Assembly (NCBI GenBank): GCA_965237525.1
Contig: CBDEFO010000008.1
Location: forward strand, 1,024,001-1,088,000
Length of the DNA: 64,000 nt
Direction of reading: 5' to 3'
Source of the DNA: Candidatus Latescibacterota bacterium
GTDB taxonomy: Bacteria; Latescibacterota; CBDEFO01
Shown: positions 41,134 to 51,196 of the stretch, one piece after another
Layout: every line of letters starts with the position of its first letter
How positions within the stretch are numbered: the first letter of the stretch is position 1
Notes under the pieces: model-generated
Seen by the model: the letters and a program-made list of their open reading frames with translations, nothing else
Told to the model about the DNA's origin: nothing
Database searches by the model: none
Position numbers and translations under genes: made by a program

Positions 41134-43017
41134 CTATTTTTCTTCTGCGCGTTTCAAATAGAGGGTGTCATCGAAATGGAAATGCGAAAACTGCAAACCG
41201 TAGAGCTTCTTATAGACTCCATCGCCCGCTATAAGATCCCGATGCGTCCCCTGTTGTACTATCCTTCCCTCATCTATAACGATTATTCTGTGGGCCTTCC
41301 GTATAGTAGAAAGACGGTGAGCGATGACTACGGATGTCCTGTTTTCCATCAAACGCTCTATAGCCTCTTGTACCAACGCCTCAGATTCAGTATCCAAAGA
41401 CGACGTGGCTTCGTCGAGTATGAGTATGGGAGGGTCTTTGAGTATTGCCCTGGCAATAGCGATGCGCTGTCTTTGTCCGCCAGAAAGTTTGACCCCTCTG
41501 TCTCCGATAATAGTTTCATAGCCACCGGCAAACTCCACTATAAAGTCGTGAGCGTTGGCAGCTTTGGCGGCCTCTATGACGCGTTCCTCTGCAATATCAG
41601 ATAGCCCGTAAGCGATGTTGTTCCAGAGTGTATCGTTGAAGAGGACGGTCTCCTGAGTGACTATTCCCATCATCCCTCTTAACGAATCTACTTGGATGTC
41701 CCTCAGGTCTACTCCATCTATGGTGATGCGTCCTTTTGAGGGATCGTAGAAACGTGGGATGAGGTCCACAAGCGTGGATTTTCCCGCTCCCGAGGGACCG
41801 ACTATGGCGACCATCTCTCCTGCTTTAACATCCAGATTTACGTCTGAAAGCACAGCGTCGTTGTCGTCGTATCTGAAAGAAATGTCCTCGAAGCGTATTG
41901 AATCCCTTATATAATTGACCCCTATTGCATCGGGACGGTCAGCTACCCTGGGTTTTGTATCCAGCATCCTGAACACCCTTTCGGCGGCGGCAAGCCCAAC
42001 CTGTATCTTATTGTTGGCGCGGCTGAGGTTCCTTGCAGGCTGCATGAGCATAAATAGAGCCACCAAAAAGACGATAAATTCTTCAGGTCGAAGCGCATCC
42101 GGAGCCCCAGAGAGGACCTGATTTCCGCCTACCCACAGGATGATCATCCCGAATAAGACTCCTAAGAACTCGTTGATAGGCGATGCAGCCCTGCCGACCC
42201 GGGCCATCTTGAGCATGGTCTTGAGGAACTTGTTCAGCTCCTTTTTAAACTTTTCTATCTCGAACCTCTCCATTGCAAAGGCCTTAACGATTCTGATACC
42301 GGATATGGTCTCCTGAAGTATAGAGATCATCTCGGCCATTCCTTCCTGCGACCTCGCGCTGTACCTCTTGAGTTTAGCCCCGATCTTGACAATTATAAAG
42401 AGGCTTAAAGGGGTTACTAAGAGCACCATCAGTGTGAGCTTCCAGCTCAGAAGTATCATAATTGCCAGATACGACAGCAGCAGTACAGGATCTCGTATAA
42501 AGTAAATAAGACTCATCCCGATGGTCTCATTGACAATTCTTATGTCGCTTATGATTGTGGAGATGAGCTCCCCTGTCTTATGCTGGTGGAAGTACATAAG
42601 CGAGAGTCTGTGGAGGTGCCGGTACAGAGAATCTCTGAAGTCCCTTGCGACGCTCTGCTCTATGAAGTACATCGTATATGATTGGGCGTAGCCGATGAGG
42701 TTTTTCAGAAAGTAGACGACCACGATCAATATACAGAGTCGCTTGAGCGTATCCTGTTTAGTCTTTCCTTCTACTAGCTCGTCCACCTGGTTTTTTATCT
42801 TAGCCTTAAAGTCGGCAAGTGTGCCCACCTTAACCTTCTTTTCGAATTGGATGATCTCTTGCTTCTTATCGGCGTCAAATATATTGCCGATAAAGGGTAT
42901 GAGCATCCAAATGCTAAAACCGCTCAGAAGGGCATAGGCCACCGTGAGGATAATTGAGACTATCATGTGGCGCCAGTATTTCTTGAGTCTGGCAAGCGTG
43001 CGGAACAACAAATTCAT
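41134..43017 (-). CDS. MsbA-like ABC exporter (TMD+NBD)
   Basis: GPSGAGKST, LSGGQRQR, ILDEATS.LD, IAHRLST; 6-TM N-terminus. Confidence 0.92.
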   Translation of the reverse strand: MNLLFRTLARLKKYWRHMIVSIILTVAYALLSGFSIWMLIPFIGNIFDADKKQEIIQFEKKVKVGTLADFKAKIKNQVDELVEGKTKQDTLKRLCILIVVVYFLKNLIGYAQSYTMYFIEQSVARDFRDSLYRHLHRLSLMYFHQHKTGELISTIISDIRIVNETIGMSLIYFIRDPVLLLSYLAIMILLSWKLTLMVLLVTPLSLFIIVKIGAKLKRYSARSQEGMAEMISILQETISGIRIVKAFAMERFEIEKFKKELNKFLKTMLKMARVGRAASPINEFLGVLFGMIILWVGGNQVLSGAPDALRPEEFIVFLVALFMLMQPARNLSRANNKIQVGLAAAERVFRMLDTKPRVADRPDAIGVNYIRDSIRFEDISFRYDDNDAVLSDVNLDVKAGEMVAIVGPSGAGKSTLVDLIPRFYDPSKGRITIDGVDLRDIQVDSLRGMMGIVTQETVLFNDTLWNNIAYGLSDIAEERVIEAAKAANAHDFIVEFAGGYETIIGDRGVKLSGGQRQRIAIARAILKDPPILILDEATSSLDTESEALVQEAIERLMENRTSVVIAHRLSTIRKAHRIIVIDEGRIVQQGTHRDLIAGDGVYKKLYGLQFSHFHFDDTLYLKRAEEK

Positions 43018-43159
43018 AGGTTACCTCGGCTTTAATAGAACAGTAATTGCGAGGCGCGTGGCCGCTTTTCTGGGTAGGAAGCAAGACAGCACTTGGGGGA
43101 GGCAATCCTTAACTTCAGTAGATATCGGGTAGGGAACCTCATCCCGGCACCATCTCCTA

Positions 43160-43202
43160 CGCCAAACGATTGGCACACATATTTCGTTTTCACCTTAGCC
43201 AT
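43160..43202 (-). pseudogene. radA: radA 5' remnant
   Basis: MAKVKTKYVCQS.G matches the RadA N-terminal zinc-finger start, then the sequence breaks off. Confidence 0.45.
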
Positions 43203-43546
43203 TGCTGCAAATATAACGACATTCTTGACAAAAATCAAAGGTTTTCACCAATTTAAACCAATAAAAACCTTGATCTTTCCCTTGACACGCCGGTTAAATC
43301 TAAGTAACTTTAGTTGTTGGAGATTAAACAAAACCTTAATTCTAACTGTAATGGTTTTCGGAACTGTCGTCTCGGAGGGAGATGAAGTCTACTAGGAAGT
43401 CTGCAAGAATGGCACATTAGAAGTGTACCAAAAAGGTAAGAAACGTGTACGATAATGGCACACTTGTTCTTCTAACTGATTTTCCTACAACAACATAGGT
43501 GAGACGAAGAAAATATGTAATCAACAAAAGAGCTCAGCAGCATATT

Positions 43547-43800
43547 TAGCCCGAATAATTCACAAAAAAGGCCGTATATTAATTAAGGGATTGTATTATA
43601 TTATAGTTATAACGTTTAACCGCCATCGGAGTCATTGCGAGCCGAAGGCGAAGCAATCTCGATTCTGTGGTAGATGTAATACGCTCCGCCTCTCATAGGA
43701 GACCACTACAAAACCTTGAGATTGCTTCCCCGATAGACTCAATCGGGGACCGCTTTGCTCCTCGCAATGACTCCAGCAAGTTTATGAATTAATCGGGTTA
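43547..43800. mobile_element. MITE copy B (254 bp) carrying an inserted 20-bp palindrome
   Basis: Reverse-complement homolog of 38050-38285; TIRs TAGCCCGAATAATTCACAAA / TTTATGAATTAATCGGGTTA (17/20). Confidence 0.75.
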
Positions 43801-43825
43801 GAAACGGAGTAGGCGACCACATGGC

Positions 43826-45085
43826 ATGACCGTAACATTACGTACGATATATCAACCTGGCAGGCCCAAGAACATTAGAAGGAGAAAGACCATGACCTAC
43901 AATCGGGTTCTTACCGATACTGAGCAGAACATCTGGCTTGACCTGTGGCATGTAGACAACGAGGTACTGGATTTAGGCACAGACCTCGAATGGAGCGTGA
44001 CCAAGATGACCCTGAAGGGCGGGCTCCAGGACGGCGTGGATGTAATTATCGTGGATAACGGGGCCATGTCCTTTTCGATAGTTCCCACAAGAGGAATGGG
44101 AATATGGACAGGTCTGTACGATGACTTTGCTCTGGGCTGGGAATCTCCCGTCAGGGGGCCTGTGCATCCCTCGTTCGTGGATTTAGGCGACAGAGCGGGA
44201 TTAGGTTGGCTATCAGGATTTGACGAGTGGGTAGTAAGGTGTGGGCTGGACAGCAACGGCTTACCGTGCGAGGATGTCGTGATCGACTACGACGGTGAAG
44301 AGATAAAAACTCAGCTAAGACTCCACGGGAAGATAGCCAATATCCCGGCGTGGCACGTGGAGGTTACAGTAGATTTGGATGAACCCCACACTTTAAGCGT
44401 ATCGGGGATCGTGGACGAGACGATGCTGTTCGGACCGGCGTTGAGACTTCACACAACTATTTCCACAGAGTTGGGATCGAATGAGATTACTATCCAAGAT
44501 GAGGTTGAGAATCTCAAGACCATCCCTGCTGAGTTGGAGCTTCTCTATCACTGCAACTACGGCATGCCCCTGTTGGACGAAGGCTCAAGATTGGTCGTCC
44601 CTGTCAAGGAGATGAGCCCAAGGGACAGGAGGGCACTGGCGGACGTAGATTCTTACGACGTTTACAGAGGACCTGAATCCGGGTACGTACAACGGGTCTA
44701 TTACTTCGATGTTTTGAGCGATGAGAATCAAGAGACATGCGTTCTTTTGAAAAACGCCGAGGGTGACAAGGGCAGTTATCTTTGCTACTCTACGGCGGAC
44801 TTGCCATGCTTTACTGTATGGAAAAATACAGCCGCTTTAGACGACGGATATGTGACAGGACTGGAGCCGGGTACAGACTATCCCAACGAGAGGAAATTTG
44901 AAAGGGAACAGGGCAGAGTAGTCTCCATCTCTCCCCGGGAGAGCTATTTGACCTCTCTTACCATAGGCGTGTGCGACAGCGCAGAATCTGTGAGAGAGAT
45001 CGAAGGCCGTATTGCCTCGATTCGAAAAGATGTAAAACCCCTAATGCACGGCAAGATCGTAGGAACATTTTCGCCCTTGGGATAG
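43826..45085 (+). CDS. aldose 1-epimerase-like / DUF4432 family protein
   Basis: PTRGMGIW, GW.SPV.GPVHP, GWL.GF.E...RCGL, LHG.IAN, LYHCNYG, GLEPGT; likely start at 43892. Confidence 0.8.
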   Translation: MTVTLRTIYQPGRPKNIRRRKTMTYNRVLTDTEQNIWLDLWHVDNEVLDLGTDLEWSVTKMTLKGGLQDGVDVIIVDNGAMSFSIVPTRGMGIWTGLYDDFALGWESPVRGPVHPSFVDLGDRAGLGWLSGFDEWVVRCGLDSNGLPCEDVVIDYDGEEIKTQLRLHGKIANIPAWHVEVTVDLDEPHTLSVSGIVDETMLFGPALRLHTTISTELGSNEITIQDEVENLKTIPAELELLYHCNYGMPLLDEGSRLVVPVKEMSPRDRRALADVDSYDVYRGPESGYVQRVYYFDVLSDENQETCVLLKNAEGDKGSYLCYSTADLPCFTVWKNTAALDDGYVTGLEPGTDYPNERKFEREQGRVVSISPRESYLTSLTIGVCDSAESVREIEGRIASIRKDVKPLMHGKIVGTFSPLG

Positions 45086-45175
45086 TTCATGCAATATGTG
45101 TGACAGAGGAGCTTTTATGGGAAACAGACTGTGTAGAGCCCTGCGCTTCTTGGGACTATGAGGGAGATGTCAATA

Positions 45176-48100
45176 ATGGCTACGAACTGGAAATTGAGCC
45201 CATCAGACCTTACATTCTTGTGGGAGGAGTGTAAGCGGTGCTTTTACTTGAAAGTGGTACACGAAATTAACAGGCCCTTCATAATGCCGAAAATCTTCAA
45301 CAAGATCGACTCAATAATGAATCAGTATTTCTTCGGGAAAAACACTACCGAAATTAACCCTGTACTTCCTCCAGGCACTGTTTTGAGTGGAAACTGGGTA
45401 GGGTCCAGGTCTATTGTATTGCCTGGTCACACCTCTACGTGCTATATCTTGGGAAAGTTCGACACTGTGGTAAAATTCGAGGACGGAAGCTATGGCATAA
45501 TTGATTTCAAGACCTCCGAGAGCAAGAGCGAACACGTGTCCTTTTACAGCAGACAGCTTCATGCCTATGCATACGCTCTTGAGAATGCTGCGCCCGGAAA
45601 GCTGAATTTGTCACCAGTCTCTAAGCTTGGACTGCTGTGTGTTGAGCCTATGCAAATGCTTAGCTTGGAAGACGGCTCCTATGCGTACAAGGCAGAACCG
45701 ACATGGATGGAGTGCCCCAGAGATGATAAAGCTTTTTTGGGATTTCTTTCAGAAGTGCTGGACGTTCTTGAGCGCCCTGAACCGCCAGAGAGTACTATTG
45801 ATTGCCCTTGGTGCCAATATCAGAACACTACACGTCAGATGTTCCTGAATAGCGATGACTGGAAGATGATCACAACACTAAGAGAAAGTCAAGTGGTTAC
45901 ATTTGTCCATGATCACGTGATGGGTTTTAAGAACCCTTTAGAAGGAATAGTGCGCAAATCCGTAGGTAAGGGAGAGGGGGAGTTGACCTGGGGAGACGTG
46001 GTGGATCTAACGGAGCTGAGGGCGGTTTCAAGATCGATTTCCTACTTGGCTGGAATCGAGTGGTTCACTCAACTGAAAATGTTGGATGTAGGGGACAATA
46101 GCATTAGTGATCTATATCCACTATCTGGACTAACCCAACTGACAGAACTGACTCTATCAGGCAATCAGATTAGAGATATATCCCCACTGGCTGGATTGAC
46201 TCAACTACAAGTTCTGGATCTATGCCATAACCAAATAAGTGACTTATCTTCATTGGATGGACTATCTCAATTGACAAGGTTGGATATAGGGGTTAATCCT
46301 ATTAGTGATGTCGCTATCAATAAGCAGATTCCAGCATTAGAAAAGAAGGGCGTAAGGGTAGAAAAGGACATATTTGCCGATGATGCTCTGGAACGGGCAG
46401 TAAATACAGCTGTAGGTAAACCTGTGAGAAAACTGACTCAGGAAGACATAGCGAGCCTATCAAGCATAACGCTGTTGTGTGCAGGATATGACCCGTATGA
46501 GGCACCAATATCCGATTGGGGGTTAATTTCTGATTTGTCTGGAATCGAGCGGTTGACTCAACTGAGAATATTGGAGCTGGGGGGAAATGAGATTAGTGAT
46601 CTATCTCCATTGTCCAATCTGACACAATTAACAGAGCTGGATCTGGGGAACAATCAGATTAGTGATCTATATCCACTATCTGGACTAACCCAACTGACAG
46701 AACTGACTCTATCAGGCAATCAGATTAGAGATATATCCCCACTGGCTGGATTGACTCAACTACAAGTTCTGGATCTATGCCATAACCAAATAAGTGACTT
46801 ATCTTCATTGGATGGACTATCTCAATTGACAAGGTTGGATATAGGGGTTAATCCTATTAGTGATGTCGCTATCAATAAGCAGATTCCAGCATTAGAAAAG
46901 AAGGGCGTAAGGGTAGAAAAGGACATATTTGCCGATGATGCTCTGGAACGGGCAGTAAATACAGCTGTAGGTAAACCTGTGAGAAAACTGACTCAGGAAG
47001 ACATAGCGAGCCTATCAAGCATAACGCTGTTGTGTGCAGGATATGACCCGTATGAAGCACCAATATCCGATTGGGGGTTAATTTCTGATTTGTCTGGAAT
47101 CGAGCGGTTGACTCAACTGAGAATATTGGAGCTGGGGGGAAATGAGATTAGTGATCTATCTCCATTGTCGAGACTGATTCAACTGAGAATGTTGGATCTG
47201 TGGGGCAATCAGATTAGTAATCTATCTCCACTGTCTGGACTGATTCAACTGAGAATGTTGAATCTGTGGGGCAATCAGATTAGTAATCTATCTCCACTGT
47301 CTGGACTAACCCAACTGACAGAGCTGGATCTGGGGTACAATCAGATTAGTGATCTATCTCCATTGTCCAATCTGACACAATTAACAGAGCTGGATCTGAG
47401 GTACAACCAGATTAGTGATCTATCTCCATTGTCCAATCTGACACAATTAACAGAGCTGGATCTGGGGAACAATCAGATTAGTGATCTATCTCCACTATCT
47501 GGACTAACCCAACTGACAGAGTTGGATCTATCAGCCAACCAGATTAGTGATCTATCTCCACTATCTGGACTAACCCAACTGACAGAGTTGGATCTATCAG
47601 CCAACCAGATTAGTGATCTATCTCCACTGGTTCCACTGACAAAACTGACAAAACTGTCGATAAAGGACAATCCTCTTAGCGATGTTGCTATGAACGAGCA
47701 GATTCCAGCATTAGAAAAGCGGGGCGTAATAGTATGTAAGGGCATATTTGCCGATTATGCGCTGGAAGGGGCAGTAGGGAGGGCTGCGGGTAAACCAGGG
47801 AGAGAACTGACTCAGGAACAACTTGCGAGCCTATCAAGCATAACGCGGTTGTGTGCAGGATATGACCCGTATGAGGCACCAATATCCGATCGGGGGTTAA
47901 TTTCTGATTTGTCTGGAATCGAGCGGTTCACTCAACTGAGAATGTTGAATCTATCAGCCAACCAGATTAGTGATCTATCTCCACTATCTGGACTAACCCA
48001 ACTGACAGAGTTGGATCTATCAGCCAACCAGATTAGTGATCTATCTCCATTGTCCAATCTGACACAATTAACAGAGCTGGATCTGGGGTACAATCAGATT

Positions 48101-48511
48101 AGTGATCTATCTCCATTGTCGAGACTGATTCAACTGAGAATGTTGAATCTGGGGTACAACCAGATTAGTGATCTATCTCCATTGTCCAATCTGACACAAT
48201 TAACAGAGCTGGATCTGGGGAACAATCAGATTAGTGATCTATCTCCACTATCTGGACTAACCCAACTGACAGAGTTGGATCTATCAGCCAACCAGATTAG
48301 TGATCTATCTCCACTGGTTCCACTGACAAAACTGACAAAACTGTCGATAAAGGACAATCCTCTTAGCGATGTTGCTATGAACGAGCAGATTCCAGCATTA
48401 GAAAAGCGGGGCGTAATAGTATATAAGGGCATATTTGCCGATTATGCGCTGGAAGGGGCAGTAGGGAGGGCTGTAGGTAAACCTGTGAGAAAACTGACTC
48501 AGGAAACATAG
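45176..48511 (+). CDS. PD-(D/E)XK nuclease (Cas4/AddB-like) fused to internalin-like LRR modules; truncated by frameshift
   Basis: LSPS, CKRC, GKFD, IIDFKT, QLHAY, CPWC, then 22-aa LRRs (LTQLTELDLxxNQISDLSPLSG). Confidence 0.85.
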   Translation: MATNWKLSPSDLTFLWEECKRCFYLKVVHEINRPFIMPKIFNKIDSIMNQYFFGKNTTEINPVLPPGTVLSGNWVGSRSIVLPGHTSTCYILGKFDTVVKFEDGSYGIIDFKTSESKSEHVSFYSRQLHAYAYALENAAPGKLNLSPVSKLGLLCVEPMQMLSLEDGSYAYKAEPTWMECPRDDKAFLGFLSEVLDVLERPEPPESTIDCPWCQYQNTTRQMFLNSDDWKMITTLRESQVVTFVHDHVMGFKNPLEGIVRKSVGKGEGELTWGDVVDLTELRAVSRSISYLAGIEWFTQLKMLDVGDNSISDLYPLSGLTQLTELTLSGNQIRDISPLAGLTQLQVLDLCHNQISDLSSLDGLSQLTRLDIGVNPISDVAINKQIPALEKKGVRVEKDIFADDALERAVNTAVGKPVRKLTQEDIASLSSITLLCAGYDPYEAPISDWGLISDLSGIERLTQLRILELGGNEISDLSPLSNLTQLTELDLGNNQISDLYPLSGLTQLTELTLSGNQIRDISPLAGLTQLQVLDLCHNQISDLSSLDGLSQLTRLDIGVNPISDVAINKQIPALEKKGVRVEKDIFADDALERAVNTAVGKPVRKLTQEDIASLSSITLLCAGYDPYEAPISDWGLISDLSGIERLTQLRILELGGNEISDLSPLSRLIQLRMLDLWGNQISNLSPLSGLIQLRMLNLWGNQISNLSPLSGLTQLTELDLGYNQISDLSPLSNLTQLTELDLRYNQISDLSPLSNLTQLTELDLGNNQISDLSPLSGLTQLTELDLSANQISDLSPLSGLTQLTELDLSANQISDLSPLVPLTKLTKLSIKDNPLSDVAMNEQIPALEKRGVIVCKGIFADYALEGAVGRAAGKPGRELTQEQLASLSSITRLCAGYDPYEAPISDRGLISDLSGIERFTQLRMLNLSANQISDLSPLSGLTQLTELDLSANQISDLSPLSNLTQLTELDLGYNQISDLSPLSRLIQLRMLNLGYNQISDLSPLSNLTQLTELDLGNNQISDLSPLSGLTQLTELDLSANQISDLSPLVPLTKLTKLSIKDNPLSDVAMNEQIPALEKRGVIVYKGIFADYALEGAVGRAVGKPVRKLTQET

Positions 48512-49241
48512 CGAGCCTATCAAGCATAACGCTGTTGTGTGCAGGATATGACCCGTATGAGGCACCAATATCCGATCGGGGGTTAATTTCTGATTTGTCT
48601 GGAATCGAGCGGTTCACTCAACTGAGAATATTGGAGCTGTGGCGCAATCTGATTAGTAATCTATATCCACTATCTGGACTAACCCAACTGACAGAGTTGC
48701 ATCTATCAGCCAACCAGATTAGTGATCTATCTCCATTGTCCAATCTGACACAATTAACAGAGCTGGATCTGGGGTACAATCAGATTAGTGATCTATCTCC
48801 ATTGTCCAATCTGACACAATTAACAGAGCTGGATCTGGGGTACAATCAGATTAGTGATCTATCTCCATTGTCCAATCTGACACAATTAACAGAGCTGGAT
48901 CTGGGGTACAATCAGATTAGTGATCTATCTCCATTGTCCAATCTGACACAATTAACAGAGCTGGATCTGGGGTACAATCAGATTAGTGATCTATCTCCAT
49001 TGTCCAATCTGACACAATTAACAGAGCTGGATCTGGGGTACAATCAGATTAGTGATCTATCTCCACTATCTGGACTAACCCAACTGACAGAGTTGGATCT
49101 ATCAGCCAACCAGATTAGTGATCTATCTCCACTGGTTCCACTGACAAAACTGACAAAACTGTCGATAAAGGACAATCCTCTTAGCGATGTTGCTATCAAC
49201 GAGCAGATTCCGGCATTGGAGTCACGAGGCGTAACGGTACT
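46103..49241 (+). repeat. nested 66-bp LRR units and 555/753-bp-period module duplications
   Basis: 46103-46614 repeated at 46658-47169 nearly identically; five consecutive GYNQ-type units in 48720-49050. Confidence 0.92.
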
Positions 49242-49287
49242 GGTTATTTATCAAATGAAATCGGTGCACTTCTCTTTCGATCTTTGA
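48506..49287 (+). pseudogene. out-of-frame continuation (fifth LRR module) of the nuclease-LRR gene
   Basis: CAGGAAACATAGCG at 48500 lacks one G relative to CAGGAAGACATAGCG in earlier modules. Confidence 0.85.
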
Positions 49288-50543
49288 TTGATCTTGACTG
49301 ATAGGTTTTGAACAATCTTTGGTTTCTGTTCTTTTTCAAAATGGATGTATAATTGTTCTTCTTTTAGGTTCCATTCAGCCAGGACAAAGTAGTTGGTGTA
49401 AGAGGAGGCACGAGATACTTTCTCATTTAGGACATCGATAAAGGCTTTATCTGTCTGTTCTGTGTCCTGTTTGACTTGTCTGATAAAATAGGTCTTAGGA
49501 ATGAAATCTTTCTCGTTTGACTTCTCTTGCTTAGGTGGACGGTAGCCGGTGTATCTCTGTGATGAAAGATTAAACCATTCTAACTTCTGATCAACTTCTT
49601 GTAAGCTTTTGAACTGAATTCTGTTCCGGAACTTCCTTGAAAATACAGAATTGTTGCCTTCTATAGATGCTTGAGAAAAGGGCCTTCTGGGAACGGCAAA
49701 TATCGGAATCACTTGATTTTTCAAGAGAAACTGCATTGCTTTGCTGACATTCCTTTTACCTGAAACACTGCCAATAGTCGCCGAGCAATTGTCCACCTTA
49801 ACGAAATCTGGTTTTTCAAACCTGTCAAAGAAAGACTGACACTTCTCGGTAAAGTTAGTTGCTGTTTGACCGTCAACCCGCCGAAAATACCTTAACTTAG
49901 GCTCTTTCTTAAAGGAAAATCCAACGAAGTTGACCGGCTCAGTTCTGCCGGTAAGATACTTTTTACCAATAAAGTCTGATTCTAGGACTCTGCCTCCTAA
50001 AAGATAGTAAATGGTATACTCTGGATAACAAAGATAACGAGATGCACCCTTGTTTTTACCTTTCTTCCTTCTCTGGGAAAGTCCTAAATCTGAAAGCATT
50101 CTGCCGATCAGTCGGCAACGACGGAGGAGGGGTGCTAGAATATCGATTCCTCCATTCTTGTTCAATAACACTGGCTCCTGAATAGAACTGATAAGGATCG
50201 TCCTCTAAGCTATGGTACATCTCTTTGATTCTCTGTTCGTCAACTTTAGCCAATTTTCGCCTTTTTCCTTTTGGCCAACCCCGATTATCATGGCAAAATC
50301 CTGATCCGGAGATTTAGTCCAAGCCGTAACGAAATCATTGGAAACTCTCGCTTGTTTGATAACTTCTCGCTTTGACATTTCTTTCTTAAAATACATCTCG
50401 TTGACTTCTTGTCTTAATACGGCCAATCTCTCTTTGTCCATAGGACTCCGTAGATTAAAGTTAAGACAATCAACTCAACTTAATCTACTAATACTCTAAA
50501 CAAAGATCAAATTAGGTGCACCGATTTCATTTGATATTCAACC
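49242..50543 (-). mobile_element. IS element with frameshifted DDE transposase (IS481-like)
   Basis: IR core TATCAAATGAAATCGGTGCAC (21/21) at 49249-49269 and 50516-50536; 6-bp TSD GGTACT (49236-41, 50544-49); transposase split into ORFs 50205-50441, 50056-50253 and 49251-50171 (KVDN, QASIEG). Confidence 0.88.
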
Positions 50544-50683
50544 GGTACTGACTGAAAACGAGCAGATTCCGGCATTGGAGTCACGAGGCGTAACGGTACT
50601 GACTGAAGAGGAGAGATAAAGAAATGTAATAGCTTGCTAATAGAGATAAGGAATAGGATAAAGATACCTTTCGAGTAAACCGT

Positions 50684-51196
50684 TTGAAAAAAATCAAGGA
50701 ACAAAAAGTGCCGAACACTGATCCTATAACTGCATGGATAGCACTTTATGCTGCAGTTGTATCTAGTATCGCTCTCGGGTGGAACATTTATCGAGCTTTG
50801 ACAGATAAAGGTAAGTTGAGAGTGCATTGCTACATTAGCAATGTTATAAATCTAGGTGGACCTAAAGATGAAAATGATTATTTGGCTTACGAGATAACAA
50901 ATGTTGGTAGAGAACGTGTTTTAGTGACTCACATAGGTGGCACAATGAAAGAAAAGAATTTCTCTTTATCTCCAAATCAAATAGAATGGCCCAGAATGCT
51001 TGGCCCCGGAGAATTCTTGTTAGAATATACTGCTGATCTATCTATCCTTAATGACAGTTTGTTGTGTTTGTGGGCGTCAGATTCGTTAAAGAAAACTTAT
51101 AAAGTTAAAAAGCGTGTCTTGAAAGATTTAATTAAGAAGGGAAAGGAAAAGAGTAAGTCTGCCTCATGGCAGCCTACGAATAAAGCCAAAGAATAG
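50684..51196 (+). CDS. hypothetical protein with one N-terminal TM helix
   Basis: AWIALYAAVVSSIALGWNIY followed by a beta-rich domain; AT-rich. Confidence 0.6.
   Translation: MKKIKEQKVPNTDPITAWIALYAAVVSSIALGWNIYRALTDKGKLRVHCYISNVINLGGPKDENDYLAYEITNVGRERVLVTHIGGTMKEKNFSLSPNQIEWPRMLGPGEFLLEYTADLSILNDSLLCLWASDSLKKTYKVKKRVLKDLIKKGKEKSKSASWQPTNKAKE

Noticed and set aside
46000..49241. CRISPR array or diversity-generating retroelement suggested by regular repeats next to a Cas4-like domain
   Set aside because: Units are in-frame 66-bp LRR codons without unique spacers; no cas1/cas2 or reverse transcriptase in the window; differences are not adenine-specific.
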